A stretch of 64,000 bases of DNA from Squalus acanthias (Eukaryota), in the NCBI GenBank assembly GCA_030390025.1, contig CM059432.1:108068001-108132000 (forward strand), written 5' to 3'. The notes below the pieces were generated by a model. That model worked only from the letters and a program-made list of their open reading frames with translations, searched no databases and had not been told where the DNA came from. Below are positions 12,224 to 25,507 of this stretch, piece after piece. The stretch's first letter is position 1; the number at the start of each line of letters is the position of its first letter. Made by a program: the position numbers and the translations under genes.

Positions 12224-13342
12224 ACATAGATACATAGATACATAGAAGATAGGAGCAGGAGTAGGCCATCCGGCCCTTCGAGCCTGCTCCGCCATTTAAT
12301 GAGATCATGGCTGATCCTTCAATTCAGTATCCCGTCCCCGCCTTCTCTCCGTAACCCTTAACCCCTTTTGCCTGTAGAAATATATCTAATTCCCTCTTAA
12401 ATATATTTAATGAGCTGGCGTACACTGCCCTCTGTGGCAATGAGTTCCACAGGTTCACCACTCTCTGAGTGAAGAAATTCCCCCTCATTTCTGTCCTAAA
12501 TGGTTTAGCCCTTATCCTTAAATTATGTCCTCTAGTTCTGTTCTCACCCGCCAAGGGAAACATTCCTTCTGCATCTAATCTGTCTAGACCTGTCAGAATT
12601 TTATACACTTCTATGAGGTCCCCTCTCAATCTTCTAAACTCCAGTGTGTACATCCCTAAACTACATAGTCTCTCCTCATAGGTCAATCCCGCCATTCCTG
12701 GTATCAGCCTGGTGAATCGCCGCTGCACCCCCTCCATGGCAAGAACATCTTTCCTCAGATGAGGCGACCAAAACTGTACACAGTACTCGAGGTGTGGTCT
12801 CACCAGTGCCCTGTACAGCTGCAGCAAGGTATCCCTGTTCCTGTATTCCAACCCTTTTGCTATGAAGGCCAGCATACCGTTTGCCTTCTTGACCGCCTGT
12901 TGCACCTGCATGCTCGCCTTCAGTGACTGGTGTACAAGAACACCCAGGTCTCTCTGTACTTCCCCCTCTCCCAATTTATTGCCATTTAAATAATAATTTG
13001 CCCTCCCGTTCCTGCACCCAAGGTGGATAACTTCGCACTTGTCCACATTATAGTGCATCTGCCATTTATCCGCCCAATCACCCAGTCTGTCCAAATCGCT
13101 CTGGAGCTTCCTGGTCTCCTCCTCTGAGCCCACCCCCCCTCCTAGTTTAGTGTCGTCTGCAAATTTGGAAATGCTGCATTCGACTCCCTGATCCAGGTCA
13201 TTAATATAAATTGTGAACAGCTGGGGACCCAGGACAGATCCCTGTGGTACCCCACTTGTTACTGCCTGCCATTCAGAAAATGAGCCGTTTATTCCAACTC
13301 TCTGTTTTCTATCTGACAGCCAGTTCTCTATCCACGTATCAA
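12224..13342 (-). mobile_element. 5'-truncated CR1 LINE inserted in the Gypsy gag/protease region
   Basis: ORF 12324..13349 is an uninterrupted RT C-terminal half (GVPQGSVLGP, KFADDTK); (TATCTATG)n tail. Confidence 0.93.
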
Positions 13343-16170
13343 GTATCACTTACAAAGAGTACCACAGAGTTAAAATCCTACTCCGGAGAAATCCTAGAGA
13401 CATGTGGACAAATGGAATGTACAGTTCAGCACAATGGCCAGTCAGTAAAGCTGCCTATTATTGTAGCGAGCTACAACAAGCCAGCTCTCACGGGCAAAGA
13501 CTGGTTGAGAAAGTTAAAACTAGACTGGAAAAACGTCTTCAGTGTAGATGCTTCAAAGAAGCAACTCGACACAATGCTGAACAAGTACGAACGCATGTTC
13601 ACAGACAGTTATGAGGGCATCACTGGGTTTGATGCGCATATCCACATCAAGTCCAACACGAAGCCTGTCTATTGTAAAGCAAGGTCGGTCCCCTATACGT
13701 TGAAAAGTCAGGTGGAGGAAGAGCTAGTAAAGCTCAGAGAGAACGGAGTGCTAGTAAAAACTGACAAAAGTGAATGGGCGACCCCGATTATGGTAGTGCC
13801 TCAAGCAGACAAAACTGTATGCTTGTGCGGTGACTACAAAGTTACTATCAACCAAGCAGTTGACGATGAGCCGTACCCATTACCTTCGTCGCAAGGTTTG
13901 TATGCAGCACTCTCAGGGTCAAAGGTTTTCTCCAAGCTTGACCTGTCACACGCTTACACTCAATGTTGACAAAGAGAGTCAACAGTATCTCACCATCAAC
14001 ACACACAAGGGGCTGTACTTATACACCAAGCAGCCAGATGGTGTAAAGTCCTCCCCCAAAATCTTCCAGGCTACGATGGATAAGCCACAGGGTGTCTGAG
14101 TTAAGAGCTTTCCTTGGAATGGTCCAGTACTACTCACGTTTCTTACCTGAGTTAGCAACCATGTTAGCTCCATTGCACGAGCTCCTCAAGATGGATGTCC
14201 AGTGGAAGTGGACGAAAGTGCAACAGGAAGCTTACGACGCTTGTAAGAGAAGCCTCTCCAGTGATGCTCTACTTGTGCACTACGACACAGAGTGTGAGCT
14301 TAAGTTAGCGTGTGACGCTTCCAGCTACAGTGTGGGAGCTGTCATAAGCCACGTAATGGATGATGGCCAAGAGAAACCGATCGTGTTTGCATCGCGAATC
14401 CTCACAAAGAGCGAAAGAAACTACATGCAAATTGGAAAGGAAGCACTCGCCATAGTGTTTGGAATCAAGAAATTCCAACAGTTCCTGATCGGCAGAAAGT
14501 TTACCCTGATAACCGATCACAAATCCTAGCAATATTGGGGCCCAAATCTGCCATCTCTGCAATGGCTGCATCAAGAATGCAATGTTGGGCAGTGTTGTTG
14601 TCACAATATGACTACACAATTGAATATCGGACATCAAAGCAAAATGCAATCGCAGATGCCTTGTCCAGGTTGCCACATGAGGACTCGTGTGTTGGGAGTG
14701 AAGGTGCGATTTTCATGCTAGGTGCAGTTGAGACTCAAAATGACTCAGTACTGAAAAGGGTGTATGAAAACACCTTGAATGGATAGACTGATCAGTGTAT
14801 GGACACAGAATTGAAACCATTCCATAACCGTCATACTGAATTGTCTTGTCAGCAAGGTTGTATCAAGTGGGGAAACAGAGTGGTGGTAGCTACTTCTTTG
14901 AGAGATAGAATTCTGGCCGAACTACATACTGAACATCCAGGGATCGTCAGTATGAAATCAATTGCAAGAAGCTTTGTTTACTGGCCTGGATTGGACAGTG
15001 ATCTTGAATCACTTGTCAGCAAATGCAGCGTTTGCCAAAATTGCAGAAACAAACCACCCAAAACTCCACTACAACCCTGGTCATGGCCAAGTAGACCTTT
15101 TCAGAGAGTACATGTAGACTTCTGTGAGAAAGCAAATGATTATTTCCTGGTACTTGTAGATAGTCACTCAAAGTGGATTGAAGTGAAACACATGGTTTCA
15201 AACACGACAGCTGAACGTACCATAGATGAGTTGAGGTCTATCTTTGCATGTCATGGCTTACCTGAAGAGTTTGTTTCTGACAATGGCCCTTAGTTCCGTT
15301 CTGCTCTATTCCAAGAATTCATGAAACGGAACAGTATCAAACACACTCTCGTTCCACCACATCGTCCAGCTTCAAACGGGACAGCTCAGTCAAACGGTCA
15401 GTCAGAATAGTGAAAGAAACTCTCAAAAAGCAGGGTTGCAGGGTTGTTCTGGACTCAGCATGAAGCAACGTTTGGCAAATTTCTTGCTGAAGTACAGAAC
15501 TACTCCGCACACTACAGCTGGATATACCCCAGCAGAACTCTTGATGAAGAGGAGATTGAGAACATGATTGAGTCCTGTTCAACCGAATTTGGCCTCAAGA
15601 GTTGAACAGAAACAGTTGACTCAGAAACGTTATTATGACACCAATCAGAAAGAACGCAGTTTCAAACAAAACGAGTGTGTTCGTGTTCTCGGTTCCCCTG
15701 GCAAATCGAATTCACACAAGTGGGATGTAGGAACCATAGTAGAGGTGGGTGGACCCAAGAGATATTTGGTTGAAATTGGTGACAAAATCCGAAATGTTCA
15801 TGTAAATCAAATGATCTCTGCTAGAGATGAACCAAGACATGATCGTGAACCACTTGATCATGAACATGAGTCTGACTCAGTTCAGTCTTCAATAGCTGAA
15901 GTACCAGGTTCAAACAAGTCTGAAATAGAATCAGGATCATCTTTAAGTTCAGAACCAAAACAAAACAGCCCGAAAATTGGTTCAACACCAAAATCTTCTG
16001 TAAGGAGATTAGGAAGACTCTGCAAACCTGTTATTGAACTGGATTTGTAGTTCATTTAAAAGAAAAAAGCCATGAGTTTTTGTTATGTGGTACTTGTAAT
16101 GCTGGGAAAGGTGGGACCATAGTTTTGTTGTATTTGAGAGGGGAATACATACATTTTTTTAAAGGGGGAA

Positions 16171-16293
16171 AGCAGTATTATCACATGGTTTGGTATGAGC
16201 ATGCTCAGTTCGCTCTGGCCTAATAAAGCAAGCACATGGACTAGCAATTCATCGTGTCTTTGTCCTTCATTTGCTCTACCCAAGTATATTATA
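16171..16293 (+). repeat. Gypsy 3' LTR
   Basis: Follows the PPT, contains AATAAA, ends TATATTATA next to the TAAAA TSD. Confidence 0.85.
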
Positions 16294-16494
16294 TAAAATT
16301 ACCCATTACTCCTACTCTTCAGTTTAAAGGTGTATAGCTATACGTGACGTGATTAGCTCTGTATAGCTTGCTGTATACAGACATTTTGATAAGGTACTTG
16401 TAGCTCATAAAAAGTATAAAAAAGTCATCCACTGTAATGTGATTTGGAATCATAGTGTTTGATTAACCTGAAAACTGAGCTCAGAAATGTAATA

Positions 16495-16770
16495 TGATTT
16501 AAGGTGATTGGCAGAAGAACCAAAGGCGACATGAGGAAAAACTGTTTTACGCAGCGAGTGGTTAGGATCTGAAATGCACTGCCTGAGAGGGTGGTGGAGG
16601 CAAACTCAATCATGGCTTTCAAAAGGGAGTTGGATAAGTGCCTCAGGGAAAAACATTTGCAGGGCTATGGGGAAAGGGTGGGGGAATAAGACTAGCTGAA
16701 GTGCTCTTGCAGAGAGCCGGCATGGGCTCGACAGGCTGAATGGCCTCCTTCTATGCTGTAACCATTCTAT
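16495..16770 (+). mobile_element. CR1 LINE 3' fragment
   Basis: Closely similar to 23900-24180. Confidence 0.8.
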
Positions 16771-17072
16771 GGGAGACTTGAGAAGAAAGGGGTTTTTTTT
16801 GTTCTAGAGCTGTGAAGTTTAAAGAATGACCTTGAAGATTATGAAGATTTATGATAAGGTAAATAGGGATTTCCACTAGTCAGTGAGACAGTCACGAGAG
16901 GGCACAAATTACACAGATGGTGGTTAGAATGTGGGATTCAGTCCATAAAATTCTTTTCAAAGGGAATTAGAAATACACCAACACAGACTTGATGAGCCAA
17001 GTGCCCTTTATCACTGCTGTAATCATCGAACCATAGAGGTTAACGGCACAGAAAGAGGCCATTTGACACATT

Positions 17073-17579
17073 GGGGGTGATTTTAACCTGGCGGGAATGG
17101 GACAGTGGTGCAATTATAATCGCCCCAGAAAACTTATTGACTTGTTCCTGCTGAATTCCCACCCATGCTAACTTAACTGGGTCCTTTCTTAAGGTGGCCG
17201 ATGCGTCTGTCTGACTCAATGTGGGAGCCTCATTAATACGTGCAAATCGGGTGCTATGATGTCATTAGGAACCCAATGGCATTTTAACCAGTGGCTGAAC
17301 GGGGCACTCGCCAGGGTTGCCTCCCTCAGTGAGACCTGGTCCGCTGGAGGAAGAGGTCCTGTAAGGTATGTTTTAAATTTTCCTTTGTGGGCCGAAAAGG
17401 AGCAGGGATTCTTGTCCGAGCCCCAGAAGGTAAATCTGGGTCCCACAAAGGAACTCTGGGCCTTTGCTGCAGGGAGCCTTCCTCCCACTTCCTACACAAT
17501 CTTGCTGAAACCCAATCCCCTGCGATCTACCTGAATTCCAGGTGCACGCACCCAGCTGGTCCCAGTTAAAATCTCCCCG
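17073..17579. mobile_element. Harbinger-type MITE with ATT TSD
   Basis: GGGGGTGATTTTAAC ... GTTAAAATCTCCCCG, flanked by ATT on both sides. Confidence 0.7.
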
Positions 17580-18151
17580 ATTATTTCTGTGTCTCCTTGC
17601 TACAGCAATTGAAATCCAATCCCGTCCCACCCACCCCCCACTCTCTCTGATTCTATGATATGATGGGGTAGATATTCATCTTCACCGCCTGGGTAGTAAT
17701 CTGGCAGGGGGGCAGATCACACCGCCCTTTATACAACCCACCTGACTTTCATTCCATAGCATTTAAAGGCCTGTAGCAACTTAAAAGTGAAGGCACCAAC
17801 TGAACAAGATTGACAGTGAAGCTGAAAGGCGTTCTATCAAGTCGTTGCTGTGAGGTCTGCAGACGGCCAGCGAGAGCACCAGGTACACCAGTGCCGTGGT
17901 GAACGTGTCACTGGGCAACGTCAGGCCCACCATGGAGGCCAAGAAAATGTAATTACAATCTTCACAGGGCAATCCCAGAGCTGGTCTCAGCAGCTGAAAT
18001 GACAACTTTAAGCCCCTCCTGGAGAATGCACAAGTCTTTTGTCTGGATTTATCATGCGGAACGACATGTAAAACTGTCGGCATACACTTTAAGAGTAGCT
18101 GAACAGTACCACTCTGCTAATGATCGACAATATGGGATGCAATTGCTGGAA

Positions 18152-18637
18152 ATAGTGATTTTAATTCCCGGTGGGAGTGGATGGCAGTCCCGCGGGTGGG
18201 CCGTGAATTGGTGGCCTGGCTGATTTTGACTGCCAGGCCTTGTTTGAATACTGCTGGTATTTCCTCGTCTGTTTCTGGCAGAAAATGACAGCAGACCGGC
18301 AGAGAAAGATGGAAACCGGGCGTCCCAGAGCCATCGGAAGAAAAGCCAAGCCGGGGGTGTGGGGTGGGGGTGTTCCGAGAGTCTGGGAGAGGGAGGGGGG
18401 GAGCCCGGGCAGCAGAGGCCCAGATTCCCCTTGTGGGGACCAGAGGAGCACTCCTGCTCCACAGGACCTCATTTGCATTTATTAATGAGACTCATGCCAG
18501 AGTCCAGTGGGAGCCTCATCCGTTGCCAAAACCAGCAGTGTTAAAATGGGGAATCGGCGGGAACAGAGCGGGAAATGGCGCTGCTCCATTTTAACAGCGC
18601 TCCTCCTCCATTCCCACCGAGAGTTAAAATCACCACT
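18152..18637. mobile_element. Harbinger-type MITE
   Basis: ~27-bp imperfect TIR (GTGATTTTAATTCCCGGTGGGAGTGGA / TCCATTCCCACCGAGAGTTAAAATCAC). Confidence 0.7.
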
Positions 18638-18989
18638 AATTTCTTTGTGAATAAGGTCGTTATATAGGATATAAACTAAACTTGCATGTAACAAATATAC
18701 ATGAAACAAATGACATGTTCACCGTGTATATATGTTAATTATGTGTTATTAAACATATCAGGTAGATGTTGTCCACAACATTCCTGCTGCCGAGTTTCAC
18801 ACACAGGGAGGGCATATGGGGAAATCGGATCGCACCCTCCCTATGACAATTAATGGATAGAAAATCGTGGAGGGGAGGCTCACCTGACTTCCTGTTCCCA
18901 GCATGCGATGGTCTGCATATTTACCAGACCATATTAAACAGGCATATGGATGTACTTAACATAGGCATACACTTAAGTATAGATTCAGT

Positions 18990-19167
18990 GGGGATAATTG
19001 GAGTTTGGGTGATAGTGTAAAACAGGCAATATCGTATCAGTCACCTGTTATACATCTCTCCGGATTTTCATTTCCATTGACTTCATAAAAATCAGGATCG
19101 AAGTATATCGGGCAGCCGGTCCGATAACACCCGATTTACACTATAGCCCAAAGTCAAAATTACCCTC
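18990..19167. mobile_element. Fold-back MITE (same family as 5338), AGT TSD, ~70 bp from AMPH exon 5 donor
   Basis: Shared TAGTGTAAAAC..., GATTTTCATTTCCATTGA core and AAAATTACCC end. Confidence 0.7.
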
Positions 19168-19236
19168 AGTAAGTAGCATATATATACGCAAGTAGAGTGA
19201 CCCGTATCAATCCACCACTTTGTAATCACATGATAC

Positions 19237-19332
19237 CTTAATATCAGGAAACTGGCCCAAGTACGTGTCCAGCGTTAACAAAGCCTGATCCACCAGCTTC
19301 TGGTGAAAGTCTGCCCACAGTAAATCAGAATT
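19237..19332 (-). CDS. AMPH: Amphiphysin coding exon 5 ([32 protein letters not shown])
   Basis: 96-bp exon, ttctcAG / GTATCA. Contains the conserved [13 protein letters not shown] motif. Confidence 0.94.
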
Positions 19333-19592
19333 CTGAGAAACAAGGAAAGGATCATTTCAGAGTTTGTAATGACAACAGTATAGTGCATCAGGGTCTTAAG
19401 CGATTTACATCAAAAACCCGAATCACTCAGAGACAAATGGTCAATTGAATAATGGGAATTACTACAAGAATGCACAAGCAGATGGTAACACATGAATGAT
19501 AAGTGGTGATTGGTCTGTAAATGGCCTGACCTGATACATTACCACACAGCAAGCTTCTCGGAAAACCTAGCAGAATGATGCATGTCCATTTA

Positions 19593-19594
<2 letters not shown>

Positions 19595-19627
<33 letters not shown>
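19595..19627. repeat. (CA)n microsatellite
   Basis: Direct reading. Confidence 0.95.
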
Positions 19628-19630
<3 letters not shown>

Positions 19631-20465
19631 TGCAGGTTCAGCACTTGGGTGTGAAAGTCTTCAAGTCAACATTACTTCTCTGTTTGCAGGAGTAAGTGGC
19701 ATATAACTGGGAGAGAGCAAAGGCACATGGGAGGAAAAATGGCAATGTCAAGCCCTTGAGTTCCTTTGAAGAGGTTACTCTCCAAACCATAGAGCAAGAG
19801 AACTTCAAGGGAACGGGGAAGGGTGAAACCAGAGCCCTTTAGAGAAGGAAACCTGCCCTCCTTACCTGGTCTGGCCTATATGTGCCTCCAGTCTCGAACC
19901 AACATGGTTGAGTCTTAACTGTCTTCTGAACTGGCCAAGCAAGCCATTCAGTTGTATCAAACTGCTTTCAAGAAGAAGGCCCATCAACACCTACTCAAGG
20001 ACTATTAGGAATGGGCAATAAATGCCGGCCTTGCCAGCGACACCCACATCCCGAGAATTTATTTTTGCTAAAAACTCAGGATTAATGCTACTCTTCTCCA
20101 GTTATTCTTTGTTCACTCACACAGGCATACACTCAAGCACATCATGAGATACAGTATCTAAGCAGCTCGCAGCACCCTGCATCACTCACTCTAACTGTTG
20201 CCAGAACAGGTACTAAGGATAGTTTGAAGAGGGATTACCAGGCAAAGCACAGAGCTTGAGTAAGCGGAACATGTGACGGTGCATGTGGCGGAACAGAGAA
20301 CCAACTTTATCCTTCCTCAGCTGCAGAACCCAGGGATTTGACTTTCCTGGGGCCTGCATATAAGAGTAGATTGCGCTCTGAGCACACTCATTACGTGCAG
20401 TCATTTGGGGCTGTGCAAACATCCTACAAGGTCCAGCAGTGACAGTGAACAACTTGCATTTATAC

Positions 20466-20592
20466 AAAAGCAAAATTACTGCGGATGCTGGAAATCTGAA
20501 ATAAAAACAGAAAATGCTGGAAATACTCAGCAGGTCAGGCAGCATCTGTGGAGAGAGAAACAGAGTTAACGTTTCAGGTTAACCTTCGTCAG
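20466..20592. repeat. Interspersed repeat (possibly Penelope-like terminal piece); inverted copy at ~22105-22232
   Basis: GATGCTGGAAAT(C/T)TGAAATAAAAACAGAAAATGCTGGAAAT...CAGCAGGTCAG present in both places in opposite orientation. Family assignment tentative. Confidence 0.6.
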
Positions 20593-21062
20593 AGAAGCGA
20601 AGGGGTTTAAGGAGGGAATTCCAGAGCTTAGGGCTTAGGCAGCTGAAGGCACGGCCACCAATGGTGGAATGACGAAATTCGGGGATCTGCAAGAGACCCG
20701 AATTGGAAGAGTGCAGAGATCTTGGAGGATTGTAGGGCTGAAGGAGATTACAGAGATAGGGAGGGGCGATGAAGGGATTTGAAAACAAGGATGAGAATTT
20801 TAAAATCAAGGTGTTGCTTAACCAGGAGCCAATGTAAGTCAGCGAGTACAGGGGTGATGGGTGAACGGGCTTTAATGGGAGTTAGGATACGGGCAGCAGA
20901 GTTTTGGATGAGCTCAAGTTTACGGAGGGTGCAAGGTAGGAGGTTGAACAAGAGATCATTGGAATAGTCATGTCCAGAGGTAACAAAGGCATAGACGAGG
21001 GTTTTAGCAGCAGATGAGCTGAGGCATGGCAGAGACAGGCGATGTTATGATGGTGGAAGTAA
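20593..21062 (-). mobile_element. L2 LINE 3' ORF2 fragment
   Basis: Peptides KLELIQNSAARILT, ITPVLADLHWL, IGGRAFSCLSPKLWNSL. Confidence 0.88.
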
Positions 21063-21795
21063 GGGGAAGTACCAGGCAAAGATATGGTAATAAGGCACAT
21101 ACAAATCACTTATAGGGAAATAAATTGGTTGTGCTTTATTCTAACTTTTTCCAGAGAATTGAATTCCCATATTCAGAATTTAGATTATACCAACCAAAAA
21201 TCCAGCAAACAGCTTTAAGTCCTTGCCATACAAGGCCGGAACATCACTGGCATTTATCACCCATGTGCATAGCACCAGAAGATTGGAGAGTCCCACTAGG
21301 ACTAATTTGCATCTGATTAACATTACATTAATCATTTAAATGAGCTGTTGCGTCACAGAGCGAGTCCACTTTTGGCCAACATAAAAGGCCGGCCAGATGC
21401 TACAGCGTAGAGATCGTCACCTGATTTCCTGTCTCAGTTACCCAATCCGTGCCAGATGGACCAATCTCAACAGTCCAAAAATCTGTCCTTTGATATCTGC
21501 CTAGATACAAGTGTTTAATGAGTGGCCAACATAGACTTTAGTTTGAAGTGAAGCCAACGGTTTGTGGGCAGGCAAAATGAAGGGTAGCAATCTTTATAAT
21601 AATATACAATGCTTACATTTCTATAGCACCTTCTCAGGTCAAAATGTCTCAAAGCATTTTCCACATAAAGTTCAACCAGTCCCACACGAACAGCAATGAA
21701 ATGAACGAGCAGTTGATGCTCAGATGTTTTTTATGGTCTTCCCAGCATCAATCTTCCTTATAGAGGAAGCTTACCCCATGTAGGCTTAGCCTTAC

Positions 21796-21890
21796 CTGTC
21801 CAACAGTTTTAACGTCATCCCTGCCATACCATTCAGGCTCGTACACCTCATGTAGTGACTCTGTGAGCTTCGTGGAGGCTTCCTGCATCC
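21796..21890 (-). CDS. AMPH: Amphiphysin coding exon 4 (GMQEASTKLTESLHEVYEPEWYGRDDVKTVGQ)
   Basis: 95-bp exon, ttcttcAG / GTAAGG. Visible in ORF 21748..21945. Confidence 0.94.
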
Positions 21891-23722
21891 CTGAAGAAAT
21901 TAAATAGAACAGATTGTCAGCACCTTTAGTACACAAGGCGTACACTCACACATTCATTTTGTATAGTAATGTGCGCATTCCTGCTGACACTTCTTTGTTT
22001 CAACGCATATGCATTATTCCACCTTCAAGCAATAGAAAATAGAGATAAGTGGGGATCTTGTGACTACCTTTGAAGATTTACAGCCCAATCAAACAGTAAG
22101 GGTGACAAAAGGTCATCGACATGAAACATTAACTCTGTTTCTCTCTCCACAGATGCTATCTGACCTGCTGAGCATTTCCAGCATTTTCTGTTTTTATTTC
22201 AAATTTCCAGCATCCACAGTATTTTGCTTTTGTATTGGAAGTCAATGACGTTTCTCCCTGAGATTGGACTGTACTGGTCAATTGTTGACCGTAAGAACAG
22301 TGAGTGAGAGGGAAATGAAAGGTCATACTCACATGAGTGAAGTGGTGAGGGCAGCAATGGTATTGGAGGCCTGGAGTCTGGAGGCAGAATTTTCCTCTCT
22401 GTTTGCGCTGCTTCAGCAGCAGGAAATGGGGCACAGACCCACACCCACCGCCCCCACCGCCCATTTTATAGCCCTCCAAATTTTCTAGTGGAAGTTACGG
22501 TGGTCCAGATAAGTGCTTGCCCAAAATGGGCGGATGTACTTAAATTAGGTAATAAAGACAATGACATCATATTTTTTCCATCATAATCAACTTCGCAATG
22601 CTGGACTCCAACAACAGTATACAACAGAGCATCTAGTATTGCTAGGAGAGGCACAATGGAGCCCAGCACGTAAAGACCCGAACAATCGATTGAGGTACAA
22701 TAGAGTGTCAATTCTACACTAGTAGATTTTGCCATTTCATTGCACCAAGAATTTTTTTCTCCTATAATGCCACCTGCCCCATTAAGGTGCTGCAGGCGGT
22801 GGTCACCCGTAGCAACGGACATTTCCTGGCCCCCACCACCACCCTACACAACCTCCAAGTGGTGAGTTCCCAAGCACAGGTGGGAATCCCACCAAAACCA
22901 TTTCATTGAGGGGGACTCTGGTAAGTTTGCGGGGGGTTAGTGGTGGTGGGATGGGTTTTCCAGAGGGAGATCAGAGGTCCCCCCTCGGTGTAAATGGCTG
23001 TTTAGCCTTTTCTACGTGGTTTCTGCCAATTCCTGCCAGGCTAATTCAGAGCTCTGAGTCAATTTAAACCTAACTAACCAAACATCCAGAAAGAACAAAG
23101 TTGTCCGTTCCTGTCACGAATTATAAAAATTAAACTCCACTAATTTCACCCTGAAATTGATTTCACAGATCTGAGCTATTTTGGATGAAGTAAGAATTCA
23201 ATGACCAGTAAAATGACCAGACCCACTGAGTAATATGAAGTGAAGTGTTCTGTAACTCTAAGCTTTCCTTAAAAATCACTGTAACGCTGAGCATTAGGTT
23301 GAATGCAATGTTATTCTTGAAGATACGAGAGCTAGTTCCATGGTTCTGTGATTGATTTTTGCCAGGATTAGTCAACAACTCCATTATTGTCATGCGACTA
23401 GCAGGATGGTAGAAGGTGAGCTGGATGGACTGTGGCTTTTTTAAAACCAGCAATTCCTATCTTTTTAAAAGTAGTTTAACAAAACTGTCATTGGTGGATG
23501 ACAGTTTAGCAAATAAACTTTTTTTTAACATTACACAGAGGAAAATATACCCCTTAGGCAGCTTCACCTCTACTTAAAAATTAACATCAAGCCTGATTAC
23601 ATGAGCAGCTCACCCTCTCTTAATTATTTCTAAATTGAGAAAAGCACATTCAACAATTGCATTCTAGACATTAACAAGCCCTTAACAAGATTTTTTTCTT
23701 TCTGTTTTCATCCTTTGCATAT

Positions 23723-24182
23723 CAGGGATGAGGGATTACAGTTACGTGGATAGAGTAAAGAAGCTGGGGTTGTTCTTCTTGGAGCAGAGAAGGCTAAGAG
23801 GAGATTTGATAGAGGTGTTTAAAATCATGAAGGGTTTAGATAGAGTAAATAAGGAGAAACTGTTTCCAATGGCTGAGGGGTCAAATATGAGACGGCACAG
23901 ATTTAAGGTGATTGGCAAAAGAACCAAAGGCAACATGAGGAAAAACGTTTTTACACAGCGAGTGATTAGGATTTGGAATGCACTGCCTGAAAGGGTGGTG
24001 GAGGCAGATTCAATAGTAGCCTTCAAAAGAAAATTAGATAAATAATTGAAGGAGAAAAAATTGTTGGGATATGGAGAAAGAGCTGGGGAGTGGGACTAAC
24101 TGGATTGCTCTTCCAAAGAGCCGGTGCATACTCAATGGGCCGAATGGCCACCTTCTGTGCTGTATGATTCTATGATTCTATC
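23723..24182 (+). mobile_element. CR1 LINE 3' fragment
   Basis: LGLFFLEQRRLRGDLIEVFKI...FTQRVIRIWNALP; (ATTCTATG)n tail. Confidence 0.92.
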
Positions 24183-24861
24183 AACACTTTATGAACTGGA
24201 GAGGATCTTCAGCTATGAATTTAGTAAAATGAACTGTTTACAAACTGCACCTTTTTCATAATGATTTTCAACATGAGGTAACTGAGTCCCATATGTTGTC
24301 CTGACTTGACAACATATGGGACTTGTGCTTCGGAGATTTGGTTTCCCCGGTTACAGCAACTTAGGCTCTTCCAAGTTCCAAGGCGTTACAAAAATTATTT
24401 TCTTCCAAACCCTGGAAACCAAAAGTAGAATTTAACAAGTCTTGGTGCCCAATCGTGGCCTCCTTCCTGTTTGAACAAAACCACATGAAGTTCTACTATT
24501 TCTTGCACCTAATATTGAAGAATAGAGGGGAAAAAAGGCTTGCAGATTTTATAAGCAATCCTACAGGGAACCAAACTAGGTGGGATTGTGGGGTGGAGAT
24601 GGGGCGACAACCTGGTGGTGCTGATTCTCCAACCCATGATCCTGTTGAGTGAGGCTCCCTACTGAAAGTGCAGGAGCACTGAATAAACCCTTATATTATG
24701 TAACTAATGGACTAGGCAGGACTGTGAAGATTTTAGCATTTTAGAAATGATAGGTACCAGGAACCGAGCCACTAGGTAGAAAAGGACTGCTGAATAATTA
24801 GGTGTCAAATTCCATGTCAAGCACACAAATCATAAAACAGAATATCAGAATTGTGTGCAAC

Positions 24862-24916
24862 CTTTCACTGCAGTTAAATAGCCCCGTAGTTCCCTCTGTA
24901 GTCGACTGCCTTCAGC
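24862..24916 (-). CDS. AMPH: Amphiphysin coding exon 3 (AEGSRLQRELRGYLTAVK/G)
   Basis: 55-bp exon, tttttcAG acceptor and weak GTTGCA donor. Frame continuous with neighbouring exons; matches AEGTRLQRELRGYLAAIK. Confidence 0.92.
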
Positions 24917-25507
24917 CTGAAAAAAAGCACAAGAATAAAAAAGTCTTCAGTCAGTGAGCAATATGTGGAAAGCATTACAACTTAATAATATACACAGTTC
25001 ACTATTGAAGCAAAAAGTGACTCAGCAATTGTTCAAACAAATCCGATTGTTTCCCGCCCCCACCCCCTGAAAAGCACCTAACAGATCACCAGCGATCTTT
25101 TGCAAACTGAACCCTGCCACAGTCTACCTTCTGAGAAGGTCAATAAAAATGACAATTCCAGGTATCTGTTACAGACACAATCTCACACAAAACATCGGTC
25201 TTTCTAAACCAAAATTAAAATGAAAGGAAGCTCTCAGGCAAACACTGCAGCCTTAGACAGCTCAACCTGCTCATGACTGTTTGTAATTAGTCACTCTAAA
25301 ATGGTGTAATAAATTTCCAAGCCAGTATTACAGATCCACCCCCCAGTGAAGGTCAGCTACTGTCCATGTTGCTGAGGTAAATATTGAATAGTCTCAATGT
25401 CCTTTTGTTTCGTCGTTTCATGCCTACTCACCTCAACTGTTGCTCCACATTGGTCAATACCGGGTACTTGGTGGGAGTTTTCCTCTCCCAGAGGTATAGC
25501 ACTCAAT

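Larger units (their letters stand above)
11380..16293 (+). mobile_element. Decayed full-length Ty3/Gypsy LTR retrotransposon
   Basis: Two LTRs, TAAAA 5-bp TSD (11375-11379, 16294-16298), PBS, PPT (AAAGGGGGAAAG, 16161-16172). gag start at ~11890, then RT (WATPIMVV, LCGDYKVTIN, FSKLDLSHAY), RNase H (LACDASSYSVGAV) and integrase (H-HPG..C..C, VHVDF, VSDNGP). Many stops and frameshifts; the catalytic YxDD segment is deleted at ~14083. Confidence 0.93.
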
